Assembly (NCBI GenBank): GCA_976226885.1
Contig: OZ320322.1
Span: forward strand, 42,470,001 to 42,534,000
Direction: 5' to 3'
Length of the DNA: 64,000 bases
Source of the DNA: Iphione sp. A-MEVVRFRX5
Lineage: Eukaryota
Position 1 is the first letter of the stretch; every line of letters starts with the position of its first letter. The notes under the pieces are model-generated. The model had not been told where the DNA came from and ran no database searches. It saw nothing but the letters and a program-made list of their open reading frames with translations. The position numbers were made by a program, and so were the translations under genes. Below are positions 31,097-45,796 of the stretch, in pieces.

Positions 31097-33055
31097 TTCA
31101 TCATCATAGGGCGGCACCTAGGGCAGCATAGACAAGTTAATTAACAAAACGAATTTTTCTTAGGTGACATGGTGTTTGCATCAAATGTTGCCTAAGTTAT
31201 TACCAAGAAAGTTTTGAATTTACGAAATTCATCTTAGTCTGCCTAATACATCACTTACAATGAACGCTCGTCCGATGTAAATTGGAAGAAAAAATAATCT
31301 TTATATTGATAATTTTGCGATGAGTATACAGCTTTCGCGGCCACGCACTTGTCAAAAGTCAGCGAAAAGTACCTACGTAGCTTTGTAGGTTCCCATTAAT
31401 TTATCACTGAAGTTTCGTTTCTGTCACGAACGAATGCTCTGTTGCTGGACATGATTTCAATCCTGAACGGTATATTTCAATTCGATTTCATTCACATTAA
31501 TAAGTCAAATCTATTTCCACTGGTATTGAGGGGGTGGAAGGGTCCTGGGGGGGGCACCACTTGATGCCAGCATGCAACTTCTCGATTAAGTTGGGTCTGT
31601 CAGTTCATTGAATATCAGAGTTAGTCTGGGATTCCATGCACGAAACAGCATATTTCATGGACATTTGGCCAAAAAATGGCACAATTCCTGGAAACTCAGC
31701 TGGAAAATGGCAAAAGTCATAACTACATGTTTAGTAATGTGCAGTAATGTGTTTCTTTGATCACAAAACAGATGCTTGATTTGACTCCAATTTCTCTATA
31801 CTTCTGTGGAAAATACAGCCATGTTTCCTGTGGAAATGGGACATGTTCCATTTTTCAAACATGGACCATGTGACCACACGCAAACACAGTATGCACACAT
31901 GTGCATGGAACGATTCCCTCTGCTATCCTATCTGCCCATTTTCCACACCTAAAACGCACATGCACGCTCCATGCCAGTAGACTTGTATGGAAATCTGGCC
32001 TTACCTGGGCAATTAATCCATCACATTTTAAGACCGTTAAAAACCAACAAACAGAGACATAGTACTTGTATAAGAGGATGAGTACCAAGTTCGAGAGTGG
32101 AATGACATAATATGTGCCTGGACGAGTCTAAACGAGAGACATTAAAATCGAAAGTGATAGAGTGTGTACATACCTGAGTTATCGGGGTAGGATGTCAATC
32201 ATTCTTCCAAGGAGAGCCTCCTGACTGCAACCTAGGAGACAAACAGAAGGAAAACGAGCTTTATTGCACTACTTTGCTACCAGTCGTGCCAATTATCACA
32301 AGCGTTTTGCAGTGCTGCAACAACAGTACCAGACACCGTACAATCTAACAGTGTTTATGGCAAAAGGATAACAAAGACAAAAGAAATAACCAAAGAAACA
32401 TTTTTCAACTTTTCAGAGACATTCTCTACTTTGGTCCTGGGAATCCAGTCAGACTCTTATGGCTTGACTTCCCCCAAATATTACGCCCATGTCTTTTAAG
32501 TGTAGCTGTGATGGCATGTATTAAATCATTTTAAGTTTATTTAAATTAATTAAAAGATAACGATAGGAAAATGAGCATATTGAATATGTAACTATGGAAA
32601 CATACATGAACATAACTGTCTTTACATGACAAAATAGCATCACATAGTGAATGGCAAAACTGGACTTCCGAGGTATGTGCCACTCTTCTCATTTTACTTT
32701 TTGGCAATATCTCTTTCACAATATATGTTTCCCACACATATTTGTTTCTATATGTACTCAATACATAATTGGTCCAGAGAAAGAATCTATATATGTACAA
32801 ACAAAATATTCTCATCTGCTGATTTAACAAACACAAAGAATCGTTTTTGGATGTAACAACCGCAAAATCTTGCCAAGATGCTAATTTATTATGTGTCAGA
32901 GCCACGGGTAGTGCAATTGGAGAAAGTATACTCATACGTCACGACTTTCAGTTCTATATGTTTTCTATATGTTTTATTCTTAGGTTTTCCTAAGTTGTCG
33001 AGACCATTTCAGTGAAGAACCGACCTCTTGTGATGAAAATTGTGAGGCTTATAAG

Positions 33056-33075
33056 ATATATATATATATATATAT
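33056..33075. repeat. (AT)n microsatellite
   Basis: Direct reading. Confidence 0.9.
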
Positions 33076-34391
33076 GTTGGTTAATGTAAGAGTGTAAGAA
33101 TGAAGGTTTTATTTCTAATCATGCGTAAGTGTGTGCTTGTGTGTCTGTCTAGGGGTGTAAGTGTCTGAGTATTCGTACACAGCCAACAATCACTTAGGCG
33201 ACCACCTCTGACACTGGAGAAATTTAGTCTCTGTTGCGCTCTGGTCTCTTCTTGGTATGTTTTTATATCAAATATTCATGTTTGGAATTATCAAAATCTG
33301 GGCTCTGTTGTGATCTGGTGAGCTGGTTTTCAAGTGAGAGCTGATGGTAACAGTATGTGTGAATCTCCGAGTATCCCGGATGTCTGTATATGTTTGTGCT
33401 TGTATTTCAGCCAAGACACCTGGAGGCTGTTGATTGGCCAGAGGTAAACGTATCCCAAACTGTACGTTAAGTACCAAGCAGCCGGGGATCTATATATAGT
33501 GATTGAATTGGGAAACAGAGACTCAACACAGTGGGAAAGGCTGGGCCTGAGGCGATGAGAAACGGCGAGCAACTCGACCAAATACAATCTACAAACCACT
33601 TTATCAGTGCATTATCAACTACTCCCGATGATGTCTCCTCATGGGAAATTAACGACGAGACAAAGACAAAGGTCAGCAGAGCTAGTATAGTAAGAAGGTA
33701 GTGAGTGATTGGATCGCTATAGGATGGCGCTAACGAATGGGGAATGAGGACTCGGGAATCTTCGAGAATATGAGGAAAGAAGGTCACCAGAAGGCGCTGA
33801 CGTATCGTGAACAAGAGGGATACTCATAGAAGGGGACATGCGGGCCGAGTTGCAATAGGAAAGGAAATACTGGGAAGTGAAACACACAGATGGAGAAAGA
33901 ATAGGCAATGTGAGGTGCTGGGATACTGGGAGGAAAGAGAATACTGGGAGGGAAGGAAAGTTGCAGAAAGGATAGTTTCTGGGAGGTGCTGATATTGTTA
34001 AGTTAGGTTCGGAAGAGAACAGTCGAATGGCAGAATAGAGAACACTCGAATGGCAGAACAGATATAAAATGTTTTTTTGAAAGTGGTGGTAGAGGAGAGG
34101 GAAATAGAATAATAAAAAAGAATCCTTTGAAGGAAGGATAGATACAGAAAAAATGGCTATTAGTGGTCTAGAGGGATGAAAGAGATCACTGGAAGGCTGT
34201 GGTATTTGGAAAAGAAGCTATATGGGGAAAGTGGAAGAACTGAATAGGAAAGGGAAAGAATAATCACTAAAGGGTGACGTGGTAGAGAGGACGGAAGGTC
34301 ACTGGTGGTGGCAGTATAGAGGAAAAACAGAAGGATGCTGGCAGAGGACGGGACAAAAAACAGGAATACGTTGACAAGACGGTACCAGGTA

Positions 34392-34982
34392 CAGTCGAAA
34401 CTCTATTTAGGACCACATCAACTTTCAACCAAATTGGCTATTACGACCATTTGAGCCAGGAACCGAAATTCTGTCTATACATAATCAATACATAAAGTGA
34501 TCGATTTCCGACCAAGTCGATTTCTGACCAATCTCAGCTTCCGACCAACCTCTGTAGGAGTGTATCTACTGTATTTTAATATTGATTTCCGACCAAATTT
34601 TGGTCACACTAGCACTTATGGTGGAACTGCTTGAAGTCTATACCTGCCTATTCTAGGTCTAAACCCGCTGATATGCGGTCTATACCTGCTGATTTGCGGT
34701 GTTAGCTTGGCCCAAATTCACCACTTTTAGCACTTGTGTCTCTCAAATTGATCACTTTTTAGACCTTACTTGTCAAATTAACCACTTTTAGGACTTTTAT
34801 TTGTCAAATTAGGCACTTTTTGGACCCTTATATATTCATCAAATTCACCACTTTTTGGAGTCTTACTCATCAAATTCAACACTTTTTGGACTTTTTACTT
34901 GTCAATCGATTTCTGACTGTTCTCACTTTTCTGACCATTTGAGCTCGGACCTGACCAGTGGTCAGAAATAGAGTTTCGACTG
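34392..34982. mobile_element. Non-autonomous TIR element (MITE), Tc1/mariner-pogo-like
   Basis: 17-bp perfect TIR CAGTCGAAACTCTATTT, extending to 25 bp with 2 mismatches; TA on the left flank, CA on the right; repeated TTCYGACCA subterminal motifs; no ORF. Confidence 0.8.
34713..34905. repeat. About 6 x 31-bp degenerate tandem array inside the MITE
   Basis: Units begin CAAATT at 34713, 34744, 34774, 34805, 34840 and 34871, each followed by ...CACTTTT... Confidence 0.85.
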
Positions 34983-35138
34983 CACAGACAATGCAAGTAG
35001 ATTAGGAAAAAAGAAGGCCCTAGGAATGATGAAAAGAGGGTCCCTAGAAGCTCGTGGATGTAGTTTGATGGTGGAGTGATCAAGAGAATGGTGAGTTTTG
35101 GAAGTAAACCGACCAATAGAGCCAAAGAAACTGAGAGA

Positions 35139-35140
<2 letters not shown>

Positions 35141-35211
<71 letters not shown>
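35141..35211. repeat. (GA)n microsatellite
   Basis: Direct reading, about 35 units. Confidence 0.97.
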
Positions 35212-35213
<2 letters not shown>

Positions 35214-38200
35214 TTGGGCTACTACCGGCCCAGTGCAAAAACTTAATCGTTGAAATGAGTTAATAGCTTGAAAAGTAACCTAGTACATGTACGCGTGGGC
35301 TGATAAAACGTTCATTTGGTTTTCATGAGCCTGTATTTATATGGCCGAGGACGAGGCCCCTTTAGTTATCACTAACCCACCAGGAGGTCCTTCTGGACAA
35401 CCGAGCAATCGGGTTATTTAAGTTGAAACCATACAAAAATGAGAGAGTCGGGTGACTCTGATGGTTCTCCCTATGGCACGTTCTATAAGAACTGGATGAA
35501 AGGGTTTCTGCTCAAAGGAGCACTTTGTGAGTTTTATGATGGGAACCCGTTATTCCGCTCAGCTAATCCCGTACCTCTGAGGGCACATAATGTGCACGAT
35601 ATTAGCAATTTCTCACCTCGTTCATCTTTCTTGGCTATAAATGATGCATATCGATAAAGACTGAACGAAACGAATTCGGACGTGTAAAGGGACGCAATGT
35701 GACAAATGATAAACGGGAAAGTCATATGAACAAATGCGTCTGTGATATGTGGGTCATATTTTATGTAGGCCGTGTTTTGATTGGCTTTATTCCATCTAGA
35801 GTTTGCCCGAAGACGATGACATGGACGTGTGTGTGCTGGATTCAATATGTACCTAAGTTGTCCCTGAACTTTTTAAATAATTTTATTAAAACTGAAGATG
35901 ACATACACTCAACGTATTTACATCCAGTATTTTACGTGGATTTCTTACAGTACAAATATATAAGATGAGATGTTATGCAGGTTATACACACGGTCAAACT
36001 CACAAGGGCGAAACTAACATTTATAGGTACATTTATTAACAGCATGGTAAAGACGTTTTCGTGGTGACGCTCCGAGCTTCAGGAGAAAAAAAAATCATGT
36101 AATGGTGGTCCCTTTTGCCCAATAAAATTGTATTGTATTGTGATACTGGACTGGAGGCATTCCACTACCCAAAGGGCGCATGGGGTAACTATGGCTAGTT
36201 TCGTGACATAAAGTCAGTCAATATCATAACTTCGTAGGTTTGCAGTAAAATTGGAATGGGGAGTATTATTGACTCGGAATGAGTATATTTCTTTGCTATG
36301 ATTATCAGATCCCGCCAGAATATTCTGGTATTAAATCGTTGAAGATCTGTCACCACATCTCAGAATTGCTCTCTTTGGTAGTAAGTCTTTGGTTTAGTAA
36401 ATGAGCCAATATTTTGCAAGATAAAAATAGCCTCAGATAACATCTGCAGGGGGAAATTCTTCACAGTCCACAGGGCCTTGATACTGCACAGGCAAGACCC
36501 AGATGAGGAAAGTTAAGGCCATGGATTTGAAACGGTACAACCTTCTGTTCTTTACGGCCCACATGAAATGCCTGTCATACTCATGCACCAGGTTACTGTA
36601 TGGTAGAAATATTGCTGTCAATATTATCGAGGTAGAGACCAGATACAATCACCTTCTGTACCTGCCGCATCCCAACAAAGTTTGACGGTCGTATTACCTA
36701 GGTAAGTATTACGGAGACCTTTCCTGTGGGATTAATCAGTCGAAACAGGAGATAACTTCGTCAGTAGGAGATGTTCTGATCACGGTTTGCAAATGTCAGA
36801 CCTGAGGGTCTCTGAATTACTGCGGTAAGTTTAGTGAGACGATGCGGGGCAATGGCTGCGGTTCAGATTCAACCACGGTGCTAGCTGGCGGCTGACCGAA
36901 ACTATGCCTGCAGGCTAAGTGTAACATTAGAGTAAAAAAAACTGAAAGTCAAACTCAATCACTCGTCATAGCTGGAGAGTAGTGAAACCCGGCATTCATG
37001 TGTCCATATGTCTGTGTCTGTTCCCTTCTATTATAATTCAAACTAGGCAGTTCCTAAACTTGGGGATAACGCCATAGATATCATTGACGTTCGTTGTTGC
37101 CAGGGTGTTGCATTCGTGTTGAGCAGTACATGGTTTTATCCAGTAACGTACATAGGCTTTCCAAATTACCAGCCAACGTACACATGAATAAGAACCCCAA
37201 ACAGATTGTCTATTTCTTCATGGTTCTTTGTACATGACCATTTTTCCATCCATTAATAGGCCACATGGAGAATGGACCACGAATGCTCTGCTAAACAAAG
37301 TAGCTGTAACTGCCCGAAGGCACTTTTCAAAATTATTTTCACACCAGCTTGGACGTTATCCGTAAATGCATCTGAGATACAGAAATACACGGATTATATC
37401 TCGTACGCAGACCGTAAAAAAGCAGAACTGGGGGCTTTTCAGAGTATTCTACATAACCCTTAAATGCAAAGAAACAGAGGAGCAGATAATATACCTAAGT
37501 GCAATCAAAGTTAAGTGACGATCGTTAGACAATGCGTCAACCAAAAACAGAATCAATCAGCATGGCATTTGCTCGTAATTTGAAGATTTATCCGACATTG
37601 GCTAGCAGCGCTGGTTTACTACAGCGCTAAAGCTCAGAGCTCGATCAGAATTATGAATTTTTAGAGATTCTTGTGTTCAAATATCAAGCATTTTCGCAAA
37701 CCTCATTTAGAACGTACTATTTTGTTCTCTTATGTTGAATATTTCTTTCGACTTTTAATAAGTCAGCCATGAAGAAGATATATTGAAATAATGCACTTCA
37801 TCCATATTTCCATATTGACACCAGGTTTAGCCGAACATATCTTGACACATCCTCACCTAAAATATTGTATTACCGTTAAAATACTGCTCTACTATGTCGG
37901 AATCAATAGAAATTTCACACACATTGTGTAGAACATCCTCTTTAGGGAACTATTTTGAGCTCCTTCTAGTACAAAGTCCTGCCAAGAATGATGTATGCAT
38001 TCTCTAATACCAATTGAAGGCAATACGCAATTTTACATAGAATATTTGTGCAGTAGAGAGACAGAATGCTGAAAAGGGATGAGTTGCCCTCAGACATAAC
38101 CAACATAAATCTTTAAAAAGACTAATGAGGAAAATGCATCTCTAGAGATCTCTAGCAATGCGCCACATAATGCTATGGATGTGTCTTCAGGGACACGTCC

Positions 38201-41200
38201 CAGAATACATAGTATATCATCAGCGATGTATATATAACCCCATGGGGTTGATATCTCTATCACTTCTGACGGAAGAAGTATCTCCGAATTTTGAATTGGT
38301 AATAGGATGTGAACTGAAAGTCTCCCATAAGAAAATTTGCCAAGCTTGATCGACACAAAATCCTATAATTTTACACATGGAGCTTAAATGGCCTTGTGGA
38401 TCTAAGATTTCTGAATAAACAAGAGGTGAATAACTTACATACGTGTATTCTAAATAGTCTATTTTATACAGCACGAACTTTCAGAAATTCCACGAAAAAA
38501 AAAAAATTTTATCTGAACTCCTGGATCATGGATTACTCTGGGAATGGGCGTTAGAGACAAATCTTCAGATGTGCACCTGCGCTCGGTACCAACAATCGAT
38601 CCAAACCCCGAAAGCATTCAAAGAAGTCACTCTCAAGTGTAACGAGACCCACTCCCTAACAAGGCCAATCTAAAGCCTTGCACTGACCACGGCACGATCC
38701 ATCAAGTTCTACCAGACAGGTCTACGCCTCCTGAAGAGAATACTCACCCCTAGTTCTGCTAAAATGTCCCCCTGTCTATACTTCCATCCCTTTACTTGTC
38801 CACTCTAATCAGCCGTCTTCCAATGTGACAAGTTAGGTTAATGAGAAGTCCATCTCCTGAATCTCAACACAGTCGAACTAACGTCCGAGTTGTTGCTAAT
38901 CGTAGGACAGTATAGACCACTCCTCCGTCAAGAATTACCCCCTGACCTCGACAGCAACTCCCCAGGTAATTCCCTGTCGATCTTAGGTGTTCTATGCGAG
39001 CTGGGTAATGGTATTTCTGGTGATACGAATGGCTCAGGCAGAAAAATCGACAACTGATTAATTGCCTCTTCCCTACGACCGCTGGAGGAAAGATCGGATC
39101 ATATCTGAGGGCTGCTTGATTAGTCTAGTAGTACTTATCATGTTGAACCAATACCAGTTTTCAAATAAAAGATAAGCAGGTACAGAGTAGATGTAAGCTT
39201 ATTCTAATGAACAAGCATCGTGGTATATAATCACCGACATGAAATTACTACATGCAGGACTATGGTCAAACTAATATTAAACACCCCAGCCAATTGCTTC
39301 TTCAAACTAGTTGGAGCTCTTCGGATTTTAGGTCTTTTCGTAGGTAGACGGACTTATATCTGGAACTTATATATATTTCCATATAAAAGCATAACTTATC
39401 AGGTAACCTTTTTGTTTGGACGTACCCGCTAAACTGATTTACTAGCTTCGGAAGTCATTTACAGTCTGTAAAGTCGACCTCGCCGTCTCTATTTGTCGTT
39501 TCTGACAGACCATACCTCGACCCACTCTCCTTCTTACCTTATTGGCTGGCTTTCCTCAGTCCCATCGTCATCCAAAGCGCAGTTCTCCTTGGAAGTAATG
39601 GCTATAACTACTTACGTAGGACCAATGGGATACCGAATAGAGGCATATGCAACCGCAAAGATTGATCAGTACAAGTCTGGTCAACAGCTTGTAGAATAGC
39701 CATATGTGCACTCGTCTCCATCTGGTGTTCACATCCAACAATGACCCGTCTGCAGGCGAACTTTGCAGTCATTCGCTGAATGCTGGCGACAGGGAGACTT
39801 GCTCTTGAATAGCCTCTGCTCCAACTCGAAGTGGCTCTGAACACCAGCTGGTGTAGGCAGACAATGCCTCATACCTGCTGTTCACAGTAGCCTACCAACG
39901 GGGAGACCTCCTATGGCCCGTGTCTGGTTTTATTAATTTGAAACAATCACATTCTTCTGCGCTGCCTTGAGGCAAAAAAAACCCCAGGTGCTTGGAAGTA
40001 CTGAAATAGCAAGTATAACTTAACAATCACAGTAATTGACTATGTGTACAGTCTAATGCCTGTTTGCGACCAGATTGCAACCACCTGAGCTTGGAACAGA
40101 ATATATAATTTCTACAGGAACCTTGCCCAATTTGCGACCGTTCCCTCTGCTGCAACCACTTGAACTCTGTCCCTAGTAGTTGTCGATGTCTGTCTAACTA
40201 CCGAGTCATTCAAGACTCCAACGGAGATACCACTTTGACTTCTAGGTCAGCAAAGAGCCGTTTACAGGTGGGGTTCTAGAGGGATTTTTCTCCATTTCGC
40301 CATCATGATTTGATTGTGACCACCAAACCAGTACCAGATTGGCCTTCGTGTTTCATCGTTGACTGTCTCCTTGGCCTCATCCATCACCGATCGTGTGATG
40401 TGCGTCGACAAATGATACAAGTTGCCGTGGTTTGTTAACTTTACAAGGTCCATGGCAGATGGATGTGTCCACGAGAGCGAGCACATGTCTCACTCCGTCT
40501 TCGGCCGTCTTGATGTATTCGTCGGCAGTGGGGATGTGTTAAGTGCGGTGGCTTGGACGATTCATTAAGCCACGCGTATCGAATTACTTCACCTCCGAGA
40601 CAACCCAATGTAGCGATGAGGGGAAACGGGTCCAACTCAAAAAAAAAACTCTGCCAGTCAAAGCAAGTTTCTTTTTGAGAATTCAAAGATACCCATGAGA
40701 ATTTGCGAAAAAAAATCCTTGGAGCCACATAATGATTTCGGAAGAATGGAGTCTTAACATGATAACATTATGACTGAAAGGATAGGTTAAAAAGAGTGCA
40801 AGACACAAAGATTGGTAAAAAAAACATTATGAGAGGTGCATTATGGCAAAATCATCCATTTCAGGAACCGACATTTAAGGGAAGAGATGAAATATAATGA
40901 ATGTGTCAGGGAAGAAATATTAGCATTTCCTAAGCGAAACACAACTCATTGAAGTAGACCCTTCTGATTGTTCCACTCCTGTTTACCTTCAGCCATTACG
41001 GCACAGTGTCTACCCTGTTTGTCATAACTGGCGGCCTGCACGTGAGAGAAGAAGACTTCTTCATAAATACCGGCATATATGCGTTCAAAACGTGAACGTC
41101 ACCAATGATACGGAGCTGAGGAGGCGCATACGTCATGAGACCAGTTATGGCAATGTCGCCGGCATATACTTGAGGATTCATTGGAGCGCATAATAGAGGA

Positions 41201-43080
41201 ATTGTATTGTGTTCTCAGTGGGATGAAGAATGATGACGTCAAGCCGTGCTATAAAGGATAGGTTCGGTGCATACGTTGAGTCTACTAGTACACTTATGCC
41301 GAACGCCTAGGTCTTGTAACGTCTGCAGTTTCCTCTATAGGCAATTCCACCACCCTAGTTCCACATGACCTGATGACGCAACAAAACATATGTTGGACTA
41401 GCTTGAGTCGATAGAAGAAGAAGCTAGAATATTTATTAAACTACTTCCCCTTGCATGTGCTATCCACAAGATAACAATTTGCGCGATCGATCGTTTAAAA
41501 GACATAATCTATCGAATATGTCGAGCAGTCAGTGGGTTGAATAGATTAAAGAGAGAAAAGGAAGAAGAGAATTGGGCATAAGGGATAAAGATGGAAAAGG
41601 TGGTTAGACCAGACAATGAATAGATTTGAGGACAGGTGAGAGAGTCAGGAACACAGTACATGTATAGATGTATGTACATATATGCATAGTAGACAAGAAG
41701 CACAGAAATGGAATAGGTACAGTCCTGCACTTTCCCTCTTCAGGTGTCTGCCTGTAAACTCCTGTTCTCTCATAGATTGTAAATTATTCCGTCTTTAGTT
41801 AGATTCACTCAGTTTAATTGATTCGTGGTGCAATAGAACAATCGCGCAAACAGGTTATAATTATGAGCTACTTTTAGTTCGGTGACATTCGATCAGATAT
41901 CAAGTTATGGGAAAAAAAACTCTTGATGCAGTTGCCTTAATTGATAAAGATGGTGCAAACATGGGAATCAGGAGAAAAAACGGGCCAAGGAAAAGGTTTT
42001 CACCACTGGAAGGGGAAACATTTGGCTGCTCGTCAGATGAGCAAAACAGGAGAGACAACTGAATGACAAAAGAACGCGGATAACGAACCATGTGACTCCA
42101 GGACGGCGTAACACCGCGATTTTGTATCTCCTCTAGAAAGTTTTGATCTTCACTGATTAGGAGTCCAACCAAAGTGTGAAGCGGAAGCAAGCACCTCTTT
42201 AAAACCAGCGTGAAAGGAGAAGGAAGGAGGCTGTCCAGAATAGCCATGGTCTGACGGGTTGACAGGCTGGGTATTTTTGTCTACTGATTATTCGGCACAA
42301 TAAAATCGTAAAGGATGTAAAGTAAGAAAAGATGAAACAAGAAGGGCTAACAGGTATGGAAGTTTTCACTGGCGCTTCCATGTACTTAACATTCGATCAT
42401 GAATCGACCATGAATTCAACAGAAGTAGACTGCCAGAGAATTAAAAGAAATAACGGGAACAGATTAAGGTGCATGATAGCGGGTGCAGCGTTGCATGGCA
42501 TTAAAGCAATCACAACAGTGCACTTTTGCCCTCATAGGTACCAATTCACTGCAGTGTTACCCACTCGATGCACCTGGCAGAGAGCTAATATATCTCACAG
42601 TGCCTCAGTTGGCCCACCCCTGTCCCCTCTTCCTGGCTGGCTCCACTTACCGCTCATCCGTAAAAGTACTCAGTTGTTAGAACGTGTCCTCTATCTTCAC
42701 CGTCCGTCTCCCCACTTTCTCTAGCCACCTCCTTATTTCTGTGCCAAAGGCTTTGCGGGGATCTTGATTCGCGCCACACTCCTTGTCTCCTTCACGACTC
42801 ACCATCTCCCACCTGGCAAGTCTCCAGCCCACTCGTCCCGCTATTGAGAGGTTCCTAAGATTGCTGCCAGAAGGTCAAGGACGTGTATTAGGATGCGCGT
42901 CCGGCCGTATCTGGTTGCGGCTGATCCCTGTAGAGGGCACCGCTGTGATTGGCTGGTTGCTGGTCGCTGGTCCCCTGATGGCCGGGAAGGCAGTTATTCG
43001 TCATGGATAGAATGGAGAGGGTTCAACACGTCGAGAGCAATATATTACAACAGTGCCGAGAAAGGAGATCGCAGGAATCG

Positions 43081-43117
43081 AGAAGAAGAAGAAGAAGAAG
43101 AAGAAGAAGAAGAAGAA
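43081..43117. repeat. (AGA)n trinucleotide microsatellite in a purine-rich tract
   Basis: Direct reading, about 12 units. Confidence 0.93.
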
Positions 43118-45471
43118 AAGAAGAATAAGAAGATTGAATAAGGACAACCACATAAGAATGAAGAAGGAGAGAATGAGGCAAAGTGTCCATATAAGAGAGG
43201 GAGGGAGGGAGGGGGAGACGGAGAGAAAACTGAGGAAGAAGAACGGAAAACGAACGGGGAAGTGGCATGGATAGGGAAGAAAAAGGACGATGAATAAGGG
43301 GGGGTGAAGTGAAAGATATCGGAGATGAAGAGCTGTACACGGCAATTATAGGTGTATTTGCAGAGACCGTCGGTGAAAAATGATGGAGTCGGAGAAGTGA
43401 AAGAAACGACAAAACAAGTTGAAGGTAAAACAGCATGCATGAGATGCAGCAGTACACTTTGAACCTGTAGTAATGGAAGTCAGGAAAAAAGACACGAGGA
43501 AAGGGTTATTTAACTAATCAAAGAATAAAAACAGAAGGTTGGGAACTTTCTGCTAGAAGCCTCACAACAACAGCAAATCCTTTGTACTAAATTCAATCGA
43601 AACTTTCTATATGTGATTTCGAATTAATTTTTTACTCCAAAACATGGAACACCCAAGACCGAAGTGAGAAACAATCCACAAACACACACAAATTTATTTA
43701 AATTTGAGAATGAATTCCAGCACGTTATGAGCATCCCGCATCGTAAGATTGCACTCCATGTACCGACACACACACACACACACACAATTTCTAGGGCAAA
43801 GATAATGAGATGTGAAGCTTATATATTTCAATCATTCAATGAATACTCGCCAAGTATAGCTCTATGACCAACACAGTATCAATCTTGGGTCGACAACCTC
43901 TATCGATGGGATAGAGCATAATATCACGACAAAGAATGAGAACCTTTCAAAACTAGCCATGGGACGCAGTCGGAGAAGACGGCCAAGATGAATATCTCAG
44001 CGGTTATACTGATGCTCGCCCTTTCAGTGCCCACTGGGATGATTGGAGCCTTATCCCTCACACAGGCTTGACGCATGGATTCTGAACTCATTGCGCTGAA
44101 AGGCCTTTTCTTTACAGCATATGGCCCTCTGACGGATGCTGGAGGTTTAGCACCGTGGCTAAATCGTTTCATGTCCAAATTTTGCTGTAGACTGATGTGT
44201 CATATGCAGCCTATATATTTCAGGCTAAAGCAAATTCATTTCCAAAAGTTGATAGCTTCTACATGTTGAAAAGGACTGTGGCATGATTTGTTGGTGGTGC
44301 TTATTTCCTATGACCTAAATCGTGCAGGATTCTTTTAATTTACGCATCAATTGCAATGTGTCACTGACGCCCTCTTTCGACATTTGTAAATGTCGAATTT
44401 GCATTCCATTGCATGTGTATTTATTCAGGCATTAGATATAATGCAGAAAATTAATTTTGCTTGCAATATATACAACTACAGGTAGTGTTTTGACAGTTGA
44501 CATCACTGGAACCCTTACATATTTCCTTACTTAAACGATGTTTTCACTGCTCAATGATTCATCAACTAAACATATTCGTGACAGATGTAGTCAAATGTTT
44601 GCAAAACGCCACGCTTGAAAAAATACCAGAAAGTCCATTCATACCTAGCATATGGTGAAAAACCAATACTATTGTATAAGCCAAGGGATCAAGTTTCACA
44701 TTGTGCGTTTCGATTTAGACATCATACTACTCTTCGACTTTTTATTTCTCACTCAGACATCATTGTCTTTTCTGAAGGTACTGTCCGTTGACCGAGCTAT
44801 ACCCAGCCGTGCTCCAATGTTATATCCTCACTCAAGACCTAGGCGAGTCGTTCTATTCAGCTCTCACGTCGCTGAGCTATGTCCCTGGTCAGCTTATTAA
44901 GCGGGCCCGATTGCGTCATTGCGTGTCTCAGAGTGAGACAGACAGGGATTCCTCGCGCCATAAACGTTGTTAGCAGCTGCCCTGGATGATTAAATCTGGG
45001 GTACCCAGTCCCATTGTCCTAGGAAAAACTTTGTTACAGGACAGTTTGCGGGGTTTGTAGTAAATTTCTCACTTGGTCGCCTCTCTAACGACAGCATGCG
45101 TGATTTTATGGTGATAGTCATGGTCTATATCGTTATGATCATCGCCATGGCGACATAAAAAAAGCTTAAATCGCAATGTTGTGTTCCGTGCTTTTTATGT
45201 TTGGTACCATCATCTTGTAGTGCATCCCCTACAGGACGACGTGTTATTCTCTCATATTTAATGTAGCAGATGCTTCGTCACGTCATATTCGTAAGGAGCC
45301 TTTCCAGCGGGTAAGGATACTATGAGATTTCCACTCAATAAACTTTAAATGTACCCATCTCTCTGCCATTCTGTACATTCGACATGCTGTGCAGTGTTGT
45401 TTAGCATGAGGGTATACCCTCATGCAGAATAGATACACCTTACCTGCCAACCTATTGATGATAACATCAAT

Positions 45472-45762
45472 GGGGTGGGGAGTTAGCTCAGTTGGTAAGA
45501 GTGCTGACTAGGACTGGTCTACTGGTTGAAGAGTCACAGGTTCAATCCTAGGCCCAGGACTCATGATCATGACCAGATGGATTTACGACACCCCCAGCTC
45601 AGAGTGACCCACAACATTCAACAGAGGCTCTAGATGCATAGAATTCTGTCTCCTATGAACAGAAGGACGCAAGGAAGCTATTTGAAATAAGAGTAGAGGA
45701 CCACCCCAGGTATTCAGGACTCAGAATTCTCAATAATTGAGGGTAGTCTGCTACCCAAGAGG
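45472..45762 (+). mobile_element. tRNA-derived SINE (~290 bp)
   Basis: A box TAGCTCAGTTGG at 45484-45495, B box GGTTCAATCC at 45539-45548, non-tRNA body shared with 21401-21662. Confidence 0.75.
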
Positions 45763-45796
45763 ATAAGAAAGAACAGCGAAAAAGATAAATGAACAT

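Noticed and set aside
43001-43457. E/K-rich and F/S-rich ORFs
   Set aside because: Translations of an (AGA)n microsatellite and purine-rich tract
45478-45560. Functional tRNA gene
   Set aside because: A and B boxes are present but there is no consistent acceptor or anticodon stem, and it continues into a body shared with a second copy, so it is a SINE head
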